Shown here in pieces: positions 47,761 through 57,078 of a stretch of 64,000 bases of DNA. Every line of letters begins with the position of its first letter. The first letter of the stretch is position 1. The notes under the pieces were generated by a model. It saw only the letters and a program-made list of their open reading frames with translations. It was not told the origin of the DNA and did not search any database. The translations under genes were made by a program, and so were the position numbers. The DNA lies in the NCBI GenBank assembly GCA_963823555.1, contig CAWGMA010000003.1:672001-736000 (forward strand), written 5' to 3'. Source of the stretch: Candidatus Eiseniibacteriota bacterium. Its GTDB lineage: Bacteria; Eisenbacteria; RBG-16-71-46; CAVPCR01.

Positions 47761-49632
47761 CTAGCTCGGGGTCTCGCTGATCGGTCGTCCATCGACATGC
47801 CGGGCTACGTCGGTGTGATGGGCGACGAGACGTTCGATCCGGGCGTGGAACCTCTCGAGCTGTCCCCGGACCTGATCGCGGAATCTCTTTTCCAGGCCAG
47901 CGCACTCGCGGCGCCCCGTCTCGAGGAGCACGGCGGCGTTGTGCCGGATGGCGGTCAAGTCTCCCGGGCGATGCGCTATCAGACGCTGAGCGGCGGTGGT
48001 GAGGAGGTCCCCGGTGCGGTACCCGCCGGTCTCGGCCAGGGCATGACGGGCGCCCTGGCAGAAGCGCTCGAAGTGGGCGAGCGAGTCCTCGAAGAAGGTC
48101 TGGATGCGCACCACGCGCAGTGCCTGGTCCGCCGCCGTGATCTGGTGGTGCCCGAGCACCGCGAGCTTGAAAGCGTAGACGAAGCGTCGCGGGTGGCGGG
48201 TGAGCACGGCACTCAGGAAGCGCCAGTAGTGGCGCCGGTAGGAGCTCATGACCCCCTGGCGCCACACGGCGCGGAACATCGCGTTCACATAGATGCCATC
48301 GATGGGCGTCGATGTGAGGGGCCTTCGAGTCTGATGCCGCATCATGGTGAGACACCGCTCGAAGAAACGATCGGCTCGGTTCAAGGTGGCGACGATCTTC
48401 TCGTGGCGAGCGAAGAGTTCCTCGGGGTCGATGTTCGGAACGAAGCTCAGCTCCCGGCTCACGAGCCCGGAATCACCGGTGTACTTGACTCCCTCCACGA
48501 GGCGCCCCAGCCGCTGGTAGCGCTTGTAGTCGGGGGTATCGGGCAGGACCCCGAGGATGCCGGCCATGGCCACCGGAATGCCGGCTTCCTGGACGAAATC
48601 GATGGTCTTCTCGGCGATATCCGGCGGATCCGTATCGAGGCCGACGATGAATCCAGCCTGGACGTGGAACCCGTAGCTCTGGAGTGTCCGGACCTTGGCG
48701 ATGAGATCGGTGTCGCCCTGCAGGTTCTTCTGCGCGCCCATGAACCTGAGGCTGTCGGCCGACGGCGATTCGATGCCCACGAACACCGTCTCGAAGCCGC
48801 CGTCGCGCATGGCCTCCATGAGGAGCGGGTCATCGCAGAGACGAATGCTGGCCTGGGTGTAGAGCTGGAAGGGATAGCCTCGCTCTCGCTGCCAGGGAAT
48901 GATCTCCTGCTCGAGGATGGTGCGGATCGCCGTGCGGTTGCCGACGAAGTTGTCGTCGACGGCCATGACGAGCCCCCGCCAGCCGGCGTCGTAGAGGGCA
49001 CTGAGCTCGCGGGTGGTGCGGCTGGCGCTGCGGAGCCGCGTGGTCTTGCCGTAGAGGCTGGGAATGTTGCAGAAGGTGCAGCTCTCGGGGCAACCGCGCG
49101 TGATCTGCACCATCATGGTCGCGTAGTCGTTCAGGTCGATCAGGTCCCAGCGCGGGAGCGGCGTGTTCTCCAGGTCGAGGAACTGGCCGCGCCGGTCGAC
49201 GATCCGCCGGCGCCTTCCCGCCTCGGGGTCGCGCATCATCTCCTCGAGCACATCGAGGAAGCCGTTCTCGGCCTCGCCCAGGTAGAAGACCGCGTCCCCG
49301 GCGATGTCGGCATGGTACTGAGTGGGGAGCGGGCCACCGCAGAGGATGGGCCGGCCGAGGGCGTTGGCGCGGGCGATGATCTCCTCGAGCGAGGGCCAGT
49401 GGATGATCATGGACGAGGTGATGATGGCATCCGCCCAGATCATGTCCTCGTCGTTGAGCGGGTCGGCGTTCAGGTCGACGAGCCGGAGGTCGTAATCAGC
49501 AGGCAGGAGCCCCGCCACGGTGAGAAGGCCGAGCGGCGGAAAGACGGACTTGCGGCCGATCAGCTCGAGCGAGGAGTCATAGCTCCAGAACGTGACCGGG
49601 TTCTTGGGATAGACGAGGAGAACCTTCGGCAT
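47761..49632 (-). CDS. B12-binding radical SAM protein, HpnP-like/DUF4070-type
   Basis: VLLVYPKNPVTFWS, FPPLGLLTVA, RGCPESCTFC, VDDNFVGN, VQAGFIVGLDTD. Confidence 0.88.
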   Translation of the reverse strand: MPKVLLVYPKNPVTFWSYDSSLELIGRKSVFPPLGLLTVAGLLPADYDLRLVDLNADPLNDEDMIWADAIITSSMIIHWPSLEEIIARANALGRPILCGGPLPTQYHADIAGDAVFYLGEAENGFLDVLEEMMRDPEAGRRRRIVDRRGQFLDLENTPLPRWDLIDLNDYATMMVQITRGCPESCTFCNIPSLYGKTTRLRSASRTTRELSALYDAGWRGLVMAVDDNFVGNRTAIRTILEQEIIPWQRERGYPFQLYTQASIRLCDDPLLMEAMRDGGFETVFVGIESPSADSLRFMGAQKNLQGDTDLIAKVRTLQSYGFHVQAGFIVGLDTDPPDIAEKTIDFVQEAGIPVAMAGILGVLPDTPDYKRYQRLGRLVEGVKYTGDSGLVSRELSFVPNIDPEELFARHEKIVATLNRADRFFERCLTMMRHQTRRPLTSTPIDGIYVNAMFRAVWRQGVMSSYRRHYWRFLSAVLTRHPRRFVYAFKLAVLGHHQITAADQALRVVRIQTFFEDSLAHFERFCQGARHALAETGGYRTGDLLTTAAQRLIAHRPGDLTAIRHNAAVLLETGRRECAGLEKRFRDQVRGQLERFHARIERLVAHHTDVARHVDGRPISETPS

Positions 49633-49832
49633 CGCTATCCTCTTGTTGATCCGCCACTACGGGCGGGGCCATCTGGGGCGCGACCTGGGGCGGGTCGGTT
49701 GCGGGGGGAAGGCGGGATCCTAGCAGCATGCCGTCGGCAAGGCCAGCTGCAAGTACCGGCCCCCCCTCCGGAGCGCATCCGCAGCCCGCTGTGGTAAGAT
49801 GGAAAGCTCGTATGTCCTTGCTGGGAGGTGGT

Positions 49833-50153
49833 ATGCCATTCGTCGAAATGAACGGCCGCAAGCTCGAGGTCAACGAGGAGGGGTTCCTCGTCCATCCCGA
49901 GGAGTGGAACCAGGAAGTGGCCCTCATCCTTGCCCGCGCCGAGGAGCAGATCGACGCCCTCGGCCCCGAACACTGGGCGGTTATCGACACCATCCGGACC
50001 TACTATGAGGAGAAACAGATCGCTCCGATGATCCGCCTTCTGTGCAAGAGCTCGGGTGTCCCGCTCAAGCGGATCTACGAGCTCTTTCCGTCAGGTCCGG
50101 CCAAGGGTGCCTGCAAGCTCGCCGGGTTGCCCAAGCCGGACGGGTGCGTCTAG
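49833..50153 (+). CDS. dsrC: DsrC/TusE family sulfur relay protein with both C-terminal cysteines
   Basis: EEGFLVHPEEW, LFPSGPAKGACKLAGLPKPDGCV (CX10C); GGAGG RBS. Confidence 0.88.
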   Translation: MPFVEMNGRKLEVNEEGFLVHPEEWNQEVALILARAEEQIDALGPEHWAVIDTIRTYYEEKQIAPMIRLLCKSSGVPLKRIYELFPSGPAKGACKLAGLPKPDGCV

Positions 50154-50167
50154 GGGGCAGCGCGGCG

Positions 50168-50803
50168 ATGGTTCCTGGGGTGCCGGCTGGAATCGAAACC
50201 TGGGCCTTGCTCTCCGCCCTGTGGGCCCTGGCCGGGATGACCTTCCTCGTGGTGCGGACGTTCTCCTATGCTCGCAAGCCGTACCTGGCCGAGGCGAGCG
50301 GCAGCGCCGCAGGCGGTATTCTCTACGCCTTCGGCCCCGGGATGTCGCCCACGGCCAAGGAGAGCGTGCGCGAGCACCTGCCGACCTACTTCGCCGGGAT
50401 CGGCTACCACCTGGGGATCTTCGTGGCCCTGGCCACGTTCCTGCTCGTGGTGAGCGGAATCGGGGTGCCGGCGCCCATCCGCTGGCCGGCCGGTGCCCTC
50501 CTCGGAGCGGGTTTCGCTGCGGGTCTCTTTCTCATGGCCCGGCGTGCCGCCGATCGGGGTCTGCGGGCGCTGAGTCTGCCCGATGACTACGTCGCCAATA
50601 TTCTCACCGATCTTCTCGTTCTCTCTGCCCTCGTGTTCGTGTTCGATCCGGCCGCGGCTCCGGTCTTCCTCGGTGTCGCCATCCCGTTCTTCATCTACCT
50701 GCCGCTCGGGAAGGTGCGGCATTGCATCTTCTTCTTCGTGAGCCGGACCCTGTTCGGCGCCCTCTATGGTCGCCGCAACGCCTTCCCACCGGGCGGTCAT
50801 TAG
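50168..50803 (+). CDS. Short NarI/DsrM-like membrane subunit (putative cytochrome b)
   Basis: About 5 TM segments; GYHLGIF, LRALSLPDDY, YLPLGKVRH; lies between dsrC and the Fe-S subunit. Confidence 0.7.
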   Translation: MVPGVPAGIETWALLSALWALAGMTFLVVRTFSYARKPYLAEASGSAAGGILYAFGPGMSPTAKESVREHLPTYFAGIGYHLGIFVALATFLLVVSGIGVPAPIRWPAGALLGAGFAAGLFLMARRAADRGLRALSLPDDYVANILTDLLVLSALVFVFDPAAAPVFLGVAIPFFIYLPLGKVRHCIFFFVSRTLFGALYGRRNAFPPGGH

Positions 50804-50822
50804 GTTGCAGCAAGAGACCACG

Positions 50823-52163
50823 ATGCAGCAGAGCGGCAACGGCGATTCATACAGCGAGCGGCTCGAGAACCTGACATCTGAGGATGGGCGCCAGGTCCGG
50901 GATGCATTTCTCGCGCGTCTCGATGCTCGCGCGGCAGCCTACCTCAACGCCTGCGTGCGCTGCGGGCTGTGTGCCGGCGCTTGCCACTACTACCGAACCG
51001 ATGGCGAGGTCGATTCCATCCCGGCTCGCAAGCTCGAGCTCCTGGCCAGCGCCTTCCGTCGCGAGCGCACGCTACTCGGGCGTCTGATGCCGGAGCTCGC
51101 CGGCGCGCAGGAGCTCACTCCTGAACACGTGCGCCGGTGGGTGGACGCGCTCTTCGGGCGCTGCACGGTTTGTGGCCGGTGTGCTGTCAACTGCACGATC
51201 GGGATTCACCTTCCTGCCCTCTTTCGCGCCGGGCGTGGGGCGCTGGCGGCGGCTGGACTCCTGCCGCCCGATCTGGCGGCGACCATTGCCACGCATCGCG
51301 AGACCGGCAACAACATGGGGATCACCTCCGAGGATTGGGTCGAGACCGTGGAGTGGCTCGAGGAGGAGTTGCGCCTCGAGCCCGGATGCGCCGCGGCGCG
51401 CCTGCCGCTCGACGAGAAGGGGACGCGGATCCTCTACACGGTGAACCCGCGCGAGGCCAAGTTCTTCCCTCTCTCGCTGGTCGCGGCCGCCAAGATCTTC
51501 CATGCGGCTGGCGAGAGCTGGACCCTGAGCCGCACGCTTCCCGATCTCACCAACTGGGGCCTCTTCAGCGGGGATGCCGCCCTCGCGCGACCGCTGGCCG
51601 AGAAGCTCGTCGCGCTCATGGACCAGCTTGGAGCACAGATGCTCGTGGTCGGGGAGTGCGGCCACGGCTTCGCCTCCAATCGCTGGGAAGGGCCCGAATG
51701 GCTGGGGCGGCGCTACGGCTTCCCGGTCAAGAGCGTCCTCGAGATCTACGACGAGTACCTGGCGTCCGGAAAGCTCGAGCTCGATCCGACGCGCAATCCC
51801 GATCCGGTCACCCTTCACGATCCCTGCAACCTGGTGCGCATGGGTGGCGTGAGCATGCCGCAGCGCCGGGTGCTCGCCCGCTCGGTCCAGTTCTTCACCG
51901 AGATGGCGCCGCGGGGGCTGCACAACTTCTGCTGCGGCGGCGGGGGGGGACAGCTCGCCATGGGGCGCTACACAGCACGCCGCTTGAAGGCTGGTGGGGT
52001 CAAGGCCGAGCAGATCCGCGACACGGGGGCCCGTGTCGTCGCCGCGCCCTGCCACAATTGCATCGATCAAATCGCCGAGCTCAGCAAGCACTACAAGCTC
52101 GGCGTCGAGGTCAAGACGGTGGGGGAGATCCTCGCCGACGCGCTCGTGCTCGCCGACGCGTGA
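50823..52163 (+). CDS. DsrK/HmcF/HdrD-like Fe-S protein with CCG domain
   Basis: CVRCGLCAGAC, CTVCGRCAVNC, GECGHG, HDPCNL, CCGGGGG, APCHNC. Confidence 0.88.
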   Translation: MQQSGNGDSYSERLENLTSEDGRQVRDAFLARLDARAAAYLNACVRCGLCAGACHYYRTDGEVDSIPARKLELLASAFRRERTLLGRLMPELAGAQELTPEHVRRWVDALFGRCTVCGRCAVNCTIGIHLPALFRAGRGALAAAGLLPPDLAATIATHRETGNNMGITSEDWVETVEWLEEELRLEPGCAAARLPLDEKGTRILYTVNPREAKFFPLSLVAAAKIFHAAGESWTLSRTLPDLTNWGLFSGDAALARPLAEKLVALMDQLGAQMLVVGECGHGFASNRWEGPEWLGRRYGFPVKSVLEIYDEYLASGKLELDPTRNPDPVTLHDPCNLVRMGGVSMPQRRVLARSVQFFTEMAPRGLHNFCCGGGGGQLAMGRYTARRLKAGGVKAEQIRDTGARVVAAPCHNCIDQIAELSKHYKLGVEVKTVGEILADALVLADA

Positions 52164-52209
52164 GTCCGGGCAGCCGCCGGTCAGTCGACTTCGGCTCGCA
52201 CCCCATCGA

Positions 52210-53418
52210 TCAGCTCTTCACCTCGAGCCTCGCCCCGGCGGCCCTCTTCTGGTTCAGTTGGCGGCGGAACTCGGTGATCTCGCGCACCGCGCGGATCGCT
52301 GTTGCGATGTGCTCCTCGGTGTTGAAGGGGCCGACGCCCAGGCGAACGGCGCCGTGCTGATCGGTGCCGAGGGCTTCGTGGACGAGCGGGGCACAATGAA
52401 GCCCGGTGCGGCAGGCGATCGAATGATCCATGTCGAGCATGGTGCCGGTATCGGCGGCTTCCTGCCCATCCACATTGAAGAGCAACACGCTGATGTGATT
52501 CTCGAGATCGTCCTGGCAATAGAGCGTCACGCCGTCGATCTCGTGGAGGCCATCGCGGAGCTGGCGTGTGAGTCGCATCTCGTGGTCCTGGATCGACTCG
52601 AGCCCGCGCTGGAGGATCCACTTGAGGCCGGCCTGGAGCCCGGCGATGCCGACGAGGTTGGGCGTGCCATATTCGAGGCGATAGGGATACTCCTCGAGGT
52701 GGGTGCGCTGAGCGGAGCGCACACCGGTGCCGCCGGCCCGGGTGATGCGAATCTCGACGTCCTCGCCGACGCAAAGACCGCCGACTCCCGTGGGGCCGAG
52801 GAGGGATTTGTGTCCGGTGAAGGCCACCACGTCGATGCCCTGGGTCGCCATGTGGATCGGTACCTTGCCTGCGGTCTGCGAGGCGTCGATCAAGAAGCGA
52901 ATGCCATGCTGCCGGCAGCGGGCTCCGATCTCGGCGATCGGCTGCACGGTGCCGATGACGTTCGAGCCATGGTTGACCGCAACCAGTCGCGTGTTCTTCT
53001 TGAACCTGCGCGCCACGTCCTCCGGGTCGATGAAGCCTCCGGCGTCGAACGGGATGTAGTCGATCTCGACTCCGGCCATCCCCTGGTGGTAGAGGGGGCG
53101 CAGCACCGAGTTATGCTCGAGATGGGTGGTGATCGCGTGGTCGCCGGGCTCGAGCATGCCGAAGATGGCCAGGTTCAGCGCATCGGTTGAATTGCCGGAA
53201 AAGACGAGACGATTGGGATCGCTACCGCCGAAGAACTTGCAGAGCATGCGGCGGGTATCCTCGACCATCTCCCCCGATTCGATGCAGAGGTCGTATCCGG
53301 ATCGCCCAGGATTGACCCCGAAGTTGCGATAAAAGAAGTCCATCTGCCGATAGACTTCCTCGGGCTTGGGAAACGAGGTCGAGCCGTTGTCGAGATAGAT
53401 CACCTTCTCCATGCGCAT
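52210..53418 (-). CDS. Class V PLP-dependent cysteine desulfurase family protein
   Basis: IYLDNGSTSFPKP, EHNSV, DASQTAG, TGHKSLLGP, RTGLHCAP. Confidence 0.92.
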   Translation of the reverse strand: MRMEKVIYLDNGSTSFPKPEEVYRQMDFFYRNFGVNPGRSGYDLCIESGEMVEDTRRMLCKFFGGSDPNRLVFSGNSTDALNLAIFGMLEPGDHAITTHLEHNSVLRPLYHQGMAGVEIDYIPFDAGGFIDPEDVARRFKKNTRLVAVNHGSNVIGTVQPIAEIGARCRQHGIRFLIDASQTAGKVPIHMATQGIDVVAFTGHKSLLGPTGVGGLCVGEDVEIRITRAGGTGVRSAQRTHLEEYPYRLEYGTPNLVGIAGLQAGLKWILQRGLESIQDHEMRLTRQLRDGLHEIDGVTLYCQDDLENHISVLLFNVDGQEAADTGTMLDMDHSIACRTGLHCAPLVHEALGTDQHGAVRLGVGPFNTEEHIATAIRAVREITEFRRQLNQKRAAGARLEVKS

Positions 53419-53494
53419 CCCTCCACCACCATTATCTCCCACCCCCTCAGGTCCGGTCAAAGCAGGCGATGCTCCTCAAGGGGGGCGTTTCCTG

Positions 53495-54553
53495 TCAGCG
53501 GACGATCAGGATCCGGGCCGTCGCCTGCTCCCGGCCCTGAACCAGCCGCGCCAGATAGATCCCGGACGGCACTCGCGATCCGGCATCGCTCCTGCCATCC
53601 CAGCGGACGACATGGGATCCGGCTTCCAGCCGGCCGCGGATCGGGGCCGCCATTCGCCGTCCGAGCACGTTGAAGATGTCGAGCTGGATCAAGCCCGCGG
53701 CCGGGAGCTCGAACCGGAGCTCGGCCGCGCTTCCCGCCGGCTCGCTTCCGCCGAGAACGAGCCGCAACGCTCCGGTCTCCGGGGCCTCGGCGCCGATCGC
53801 GCTCGGGGACCCGGGAATCCAGGCGGCGCCGCCCGTCGAGTGATGGGCCGGGTAGGGGTTGGTGAAGGGTGTCCAGGCGCCGCCCGGCCCCTGGCTCAGG
53901 TCGTAGGCGAAGCAGGGTTCCCCCTCGTCGCCGCGCGTGGCCAGGAGATAGACCGTGTTGTTGCCGACGGCGAGCGCTCGTCCCTGTCCGTTGACATTGG
54001 GCGGGCTCCCCACGAGGCGCGTCATGGCCCCGGAGTCGATGTCGATCGCGTAGAGGCCGCTCGCTCCGTACTCGGTGTAGCCGTAGAGCTTGTCATCGAG
54101 CGGGTTGTAGTCGAGCCCGAAGAAGCGGAAGCCCTGCGCCGACGTGTCGATCGCGAGCGTCGCCACGCCGGTCTGCGCATCGATGGCATAGATGCCGAGC
54201 GGAGAGGTGAAGTTCGAGTATCCGTAGAGCCGACCCCGGCCGTAGCCCATACCGTGCACGTCGACCGTGACGTTGGCCACGAACTGGGGAGGTCCGGTGA
54301 GGGTCGAGCGGTAGAGGCGAGTGGTGAACGGGCCGTTGCACAGGTAAAGCGTGCCGTCCGGGGCGCAGGCGGCGCCGTTCACCTCGAACGGGAAGTGGTC
54401 CGTCCAGGTGACACCAGGGAAGCCGGCGAGATCGGAGGACCGGGTCACGAGGGAGGATTGCTCGAGCCCCACGAAGAGCCGCTGGGCGTCGGCCGAGGTG
54501 GGGAGAAGCAGAGCCAGGGAGGTGGTGGCCAGAAGGGCGAGGAGGATTCGCAT
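53495..54553 (-). CDS. Secreted beta-propeller-like protein with C-terminal FlgD-Ig domain
   Basis: Signal ending ADA; YAID blades; tail DIFNVLGRR..WDGRSDAGSRVPSGIYLARL. Confidence 0.85.
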   Translation of the reverse strand: MRILLALLATTSLALLLPTSADAQRLFVGLEQSSLVTRSSDLAGFPGVTWTDHFPFEVNGAACAPDGTLYLCNGPFTTRLYRSTLTGPPQFVANVTVDVHGMGYGRGRLYGYSNFTSPLGIYAIDAQTGVATLAIDTSAQGFRFFGLDYNPLDDKLYGYTEYGASGLYAIDIDSGAMTRLVGSPPNVNGQGRALAVGNNTVYLLATRGDEGEPCFAYDLSQGPGGAWTPFTNPYPAHHSTGGAAWIPGSPSAIGAEAPETGALRLVLGGSEPAGSAAELRFELPAAGLIQLDIFNVLGRRMAAPIRGRLEAGSHVVRWDGRSDAGSRVPSGIYLARLVQGREQATARILIVR

Positions 54554-54793
54554 CGGGGTTCCCTTCCCTCAGGGTGTTGTTCAGCGCGGCCGCAGTACCT
54601 TCCAGCATATCACCGGGATGAGGGCGCAGGAACGGGCGGCGGAATCCAGGGTGCCCTGCGGGCGCCACGCCGGCGATTGCGGCTTCCTTATGGCCGAAAG
54701 GACCAAGGCGGTCTAGTATGGGAGTTCCCCATCCGGTCGCCGCCATGAACCACCTGGGCCGCCTTTCTTGCGTTTGGACTCCGGGAGGGAAGC

Positions 54794-56437
54794 ATGCCTC
54801 AGTTTGTTTACCAGCCGATGTTCGAGCTCGGGGCGGACAAGACCGAATACAAGCTCTTGCGGACCGATCTGGTATCGACTGCGAGCTTCGACGGCCGCGA
54901 GATCCTGAAGGTGCGCCCCGAGGCGCTCGAGTTCCTCACCGTGCAGGCGATGGCCGACGTCTCTCACCTGCTGCGTGCCAGTCATCTGGCGCAACTACGC
55001 GGTATTCTCGATGATCCAGAGGCCTCGAACAACGATCGCTTCGTCGCACTGGAGCTGCTCAAGAACGCGGTGATTGCGGCGGAGGGCGAGTTACCGAGCT
55101 GCCAGGATACCGGCACCGCGATCGTCATCGGGCACAAGGGAGAGGATGTCCAGACCGGAGTCGACGACGCCGAGTGGCTGTCGCGGGGCATCCACAAGGT
55201 CTACGGGGAGTGGAATCTTCGCTACTCGCAGATGGCGCCCATCGACATGTACACCGAGAAGAACACGGGCAGCAATCTCCCGGCACAGATCGAGATCTAC
55301 GCCGAGCCCGGTGACGAGTACCATCTGCTCTTTCTCGCCAAGGGCGGCGGCTCGGCCAACAAGACGTATCTCTTCCAGGAGACCAAGGCGCTCCTGAACC
55401 CGGATTCGCTCTCGAGCTTCGTCGCCGACAAGATCCGTTCCCTGGGCACCGCGGCCTGTCCGCCCTATCACCTGGCCCTGGTGGTCGGCGGCACATCGGC
55501 CGAGCTCACGCTCAAGACGGTCAAGCTCGCCACCGCCCGGTACCTGGATGGACTACCGACGACCGGGACCGAGAGCGGGCGGGCTTTCCGCGACGTCGCC
55601 TTCGAGGAGAAGGTGCTCGATCTATGCCGGAAGGCCGGGATCGGTGCCCAGTTCGGCGGCAAGTACTTCGCCCACGATGTGCGGGTCATCCGCCTCCCAC
55701 GCCACGGCGCGTCCTGCCCGGTGGGAATCGGCGTTTCGTGCTCGGCCGACCGGCAGATCCTCGGCAAGATCACCCGCGACGGGATCTTCCTCGAGAAGCT
55801 GGAGACGGATCCCGCCCAGTACCTGCCCGATGTGACCGAGAAGGACCTGGTGGGGACGGCGGTCGAGATCGATCTCAATCGACCGATGGCCGAGATCCGC
55901 GCCGAGCTCTCCAGGCATCCGGTCGCCACCCTGGTCAAGCTCACGGGGCCGCTCGTCGTCGCCCGCGACATCGCGCACGCCAGGCTCAAGGAGCGGCTCG
56001 ACCGCGGCGAGGGCCTGCCGCAGTACTTCAAGGATCTCGCCGTCTACTACGCCGGGCCGGCCAAGAAGCCGGAGGGCCGGGCCTCGGGATCGTTCGGTCC
56101 GACCACGGCCGGTCGCATGGACTCCTACGTCGACCTCTTCCAGAGCCAGGGCGGGAGCATGGTGATGCTGGCCAAGGGCAACCGCTCGGCGCAGGTCCGG
56201 GAGGCCTGCAAGAAGCACGGCGGCTTCTACCTCGGGTCGATCGGCGGTCCGGCGGCGCGTCTCGCCGATCACTCGATCAAGAAGGTCGAGGTGCTCGAAT
56301 ACCCTGAGCTCGGCATGGAAGCGATATGGAAGATCGAGGTCGAGGACTTCCCGGCCTTCATCGTCGTCGACGACAAGGGGAACGACTTCTATGCCGATCT
56401 CGGCCGCCCGCAGGGAGCGATTCCGATCGCGCGCTGA
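54794..56437 (+). CDS. fumA: Class I (Fe-S) fumarate hydratase
   Basis: [41 protein letters not shown]. Confidence 0.96.
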   Translation: MPQFVYQPMFELGADKTEYKLLRTDLVSTASFDGREILKVRPEALEFLTVQAMADVSHLLRASHLAQLRGILDDPEASNNDRFVALELLKNAVIAAEGELPSCQDTGTAIVIGHKGEDVQTGVDDAEWLSRGIHKVYGEWNLRYSQMAPIDMYTEKNTGSNLPAQIEIYAEPGDEYHLLFLAKGGGSANKTYLFQETKALLNPDSLSSFVADKIRSLGTAACPPYHLALVVGGTSAELTLKTVKLATARYLDGLPTTGTESGRAFRDVAFEEKVLDLCRKAGIGAQFGGKYFAHDVRVIRLPRHGASCPVGIGVSCSADRQILGKITRDGIFLEKLETDPAQYLPDVTEKDLVGTAVEIDLNRPMAEIRAELSRHPVATLVKLTGPLVVARDIAHARLKERLDRGEGLPQYFKDLAVYYAGPAKKPEGRASGSFGPTTAGRMDSYVDLFQSQGGSMVMLAKGNRSAQVREACKKHGGFYLGSIGGPAARLADHSIKKVEVLEYPELGMEAIWKIEVEDFPAFIVVDDKGNDFYADLGRPQGAIPIAR

Positions 56438-56458
56438 GAGCCGGCTCGGAGGCGAGTT

Positions 56459-56998
56459 CTACTCGTTGAAGATGTCCTTGACTCGTCCCCAGGTCGCCGG
56501 CTTGATGTCGACCGGCCCCTCCACCATGATCTTGGCATCATCGATGCGAAAGATGTGGTCGTAGTGGCCGGAAATCGAGATCCCGTGCAGCTGGCCGCTG
56601 CTGCGGATCCTGCTCGTGAGATCGAAGCGCGTCCAGGACGACCCCGCATGCTCATGCGGGAACTCGTCCCAGTCGCCGCCGCTCGGCGAGTAGAGGAGCC
56701 GCACGACGTGATTCACCATGGCGGGCGACTTGCAGTAGAGCGAGATCTCGAGGACATCGCCCACCGCCACCGGAGCGATCGTCTGCTGCAGTGACGAGCC
56801 GCTCGTGTTCTCGGCACAGTAGGTCCCCGTGTGAGCGTCACCCGATGTGACCGACCAGGCGCTTCCGGCCCAGGGGGCGATCACGCCGTCCTCGAAACCG
56901 GGGTTCGTGAGCTGATTCACCGGAATGCCGGCCGCGGTCCCGTGGAGCAGGATGAGCCCCAGGGCGATGGCCGTTGTCGTGAGGTTCAACTTGATCAT
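56459..56998 (-). CDS. Secreted CBM-like jelly-roll protein with C-terminal TWGxVK motif
   Basis: Signal peptide; NQLTNPGFEDG, AHTGTY, FRIDD; ends PVDIKPATWGRVKDIFNE. Confidence 0.8.
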   Translation of the reverse strand: MIKLNLTTTAIALGLILLHGTAAGIPVNQLTNPGFEDGVIAPWAGSAWSVTSGDAHTGTYCAENTSGSSLQQTIAPVAVGDVLEISLYCKSPAMVNHVVRLLYSPSGGDWDEFPHEHAGSSWTRFDLTSRIRSSGQLHGISISGHYDHIFRIDDAKIMVEGPVDIKPATWGRVKDIFNE

Positions 56999-57078
56999 CC
57001 TTGCATTCTCCTCGGTGCATTCTCTTCGGTGCCGGCGCGGATCGCGCTGGCGCCTCAACATGCTGCTGATCTGCGTGA

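Noticed and set aside
47797..49797. 666-aa plus-strand ORF
   Set aside because: Antisense shadow of the B12-radical SAM gene; no motifs; expected in high-GC DNA
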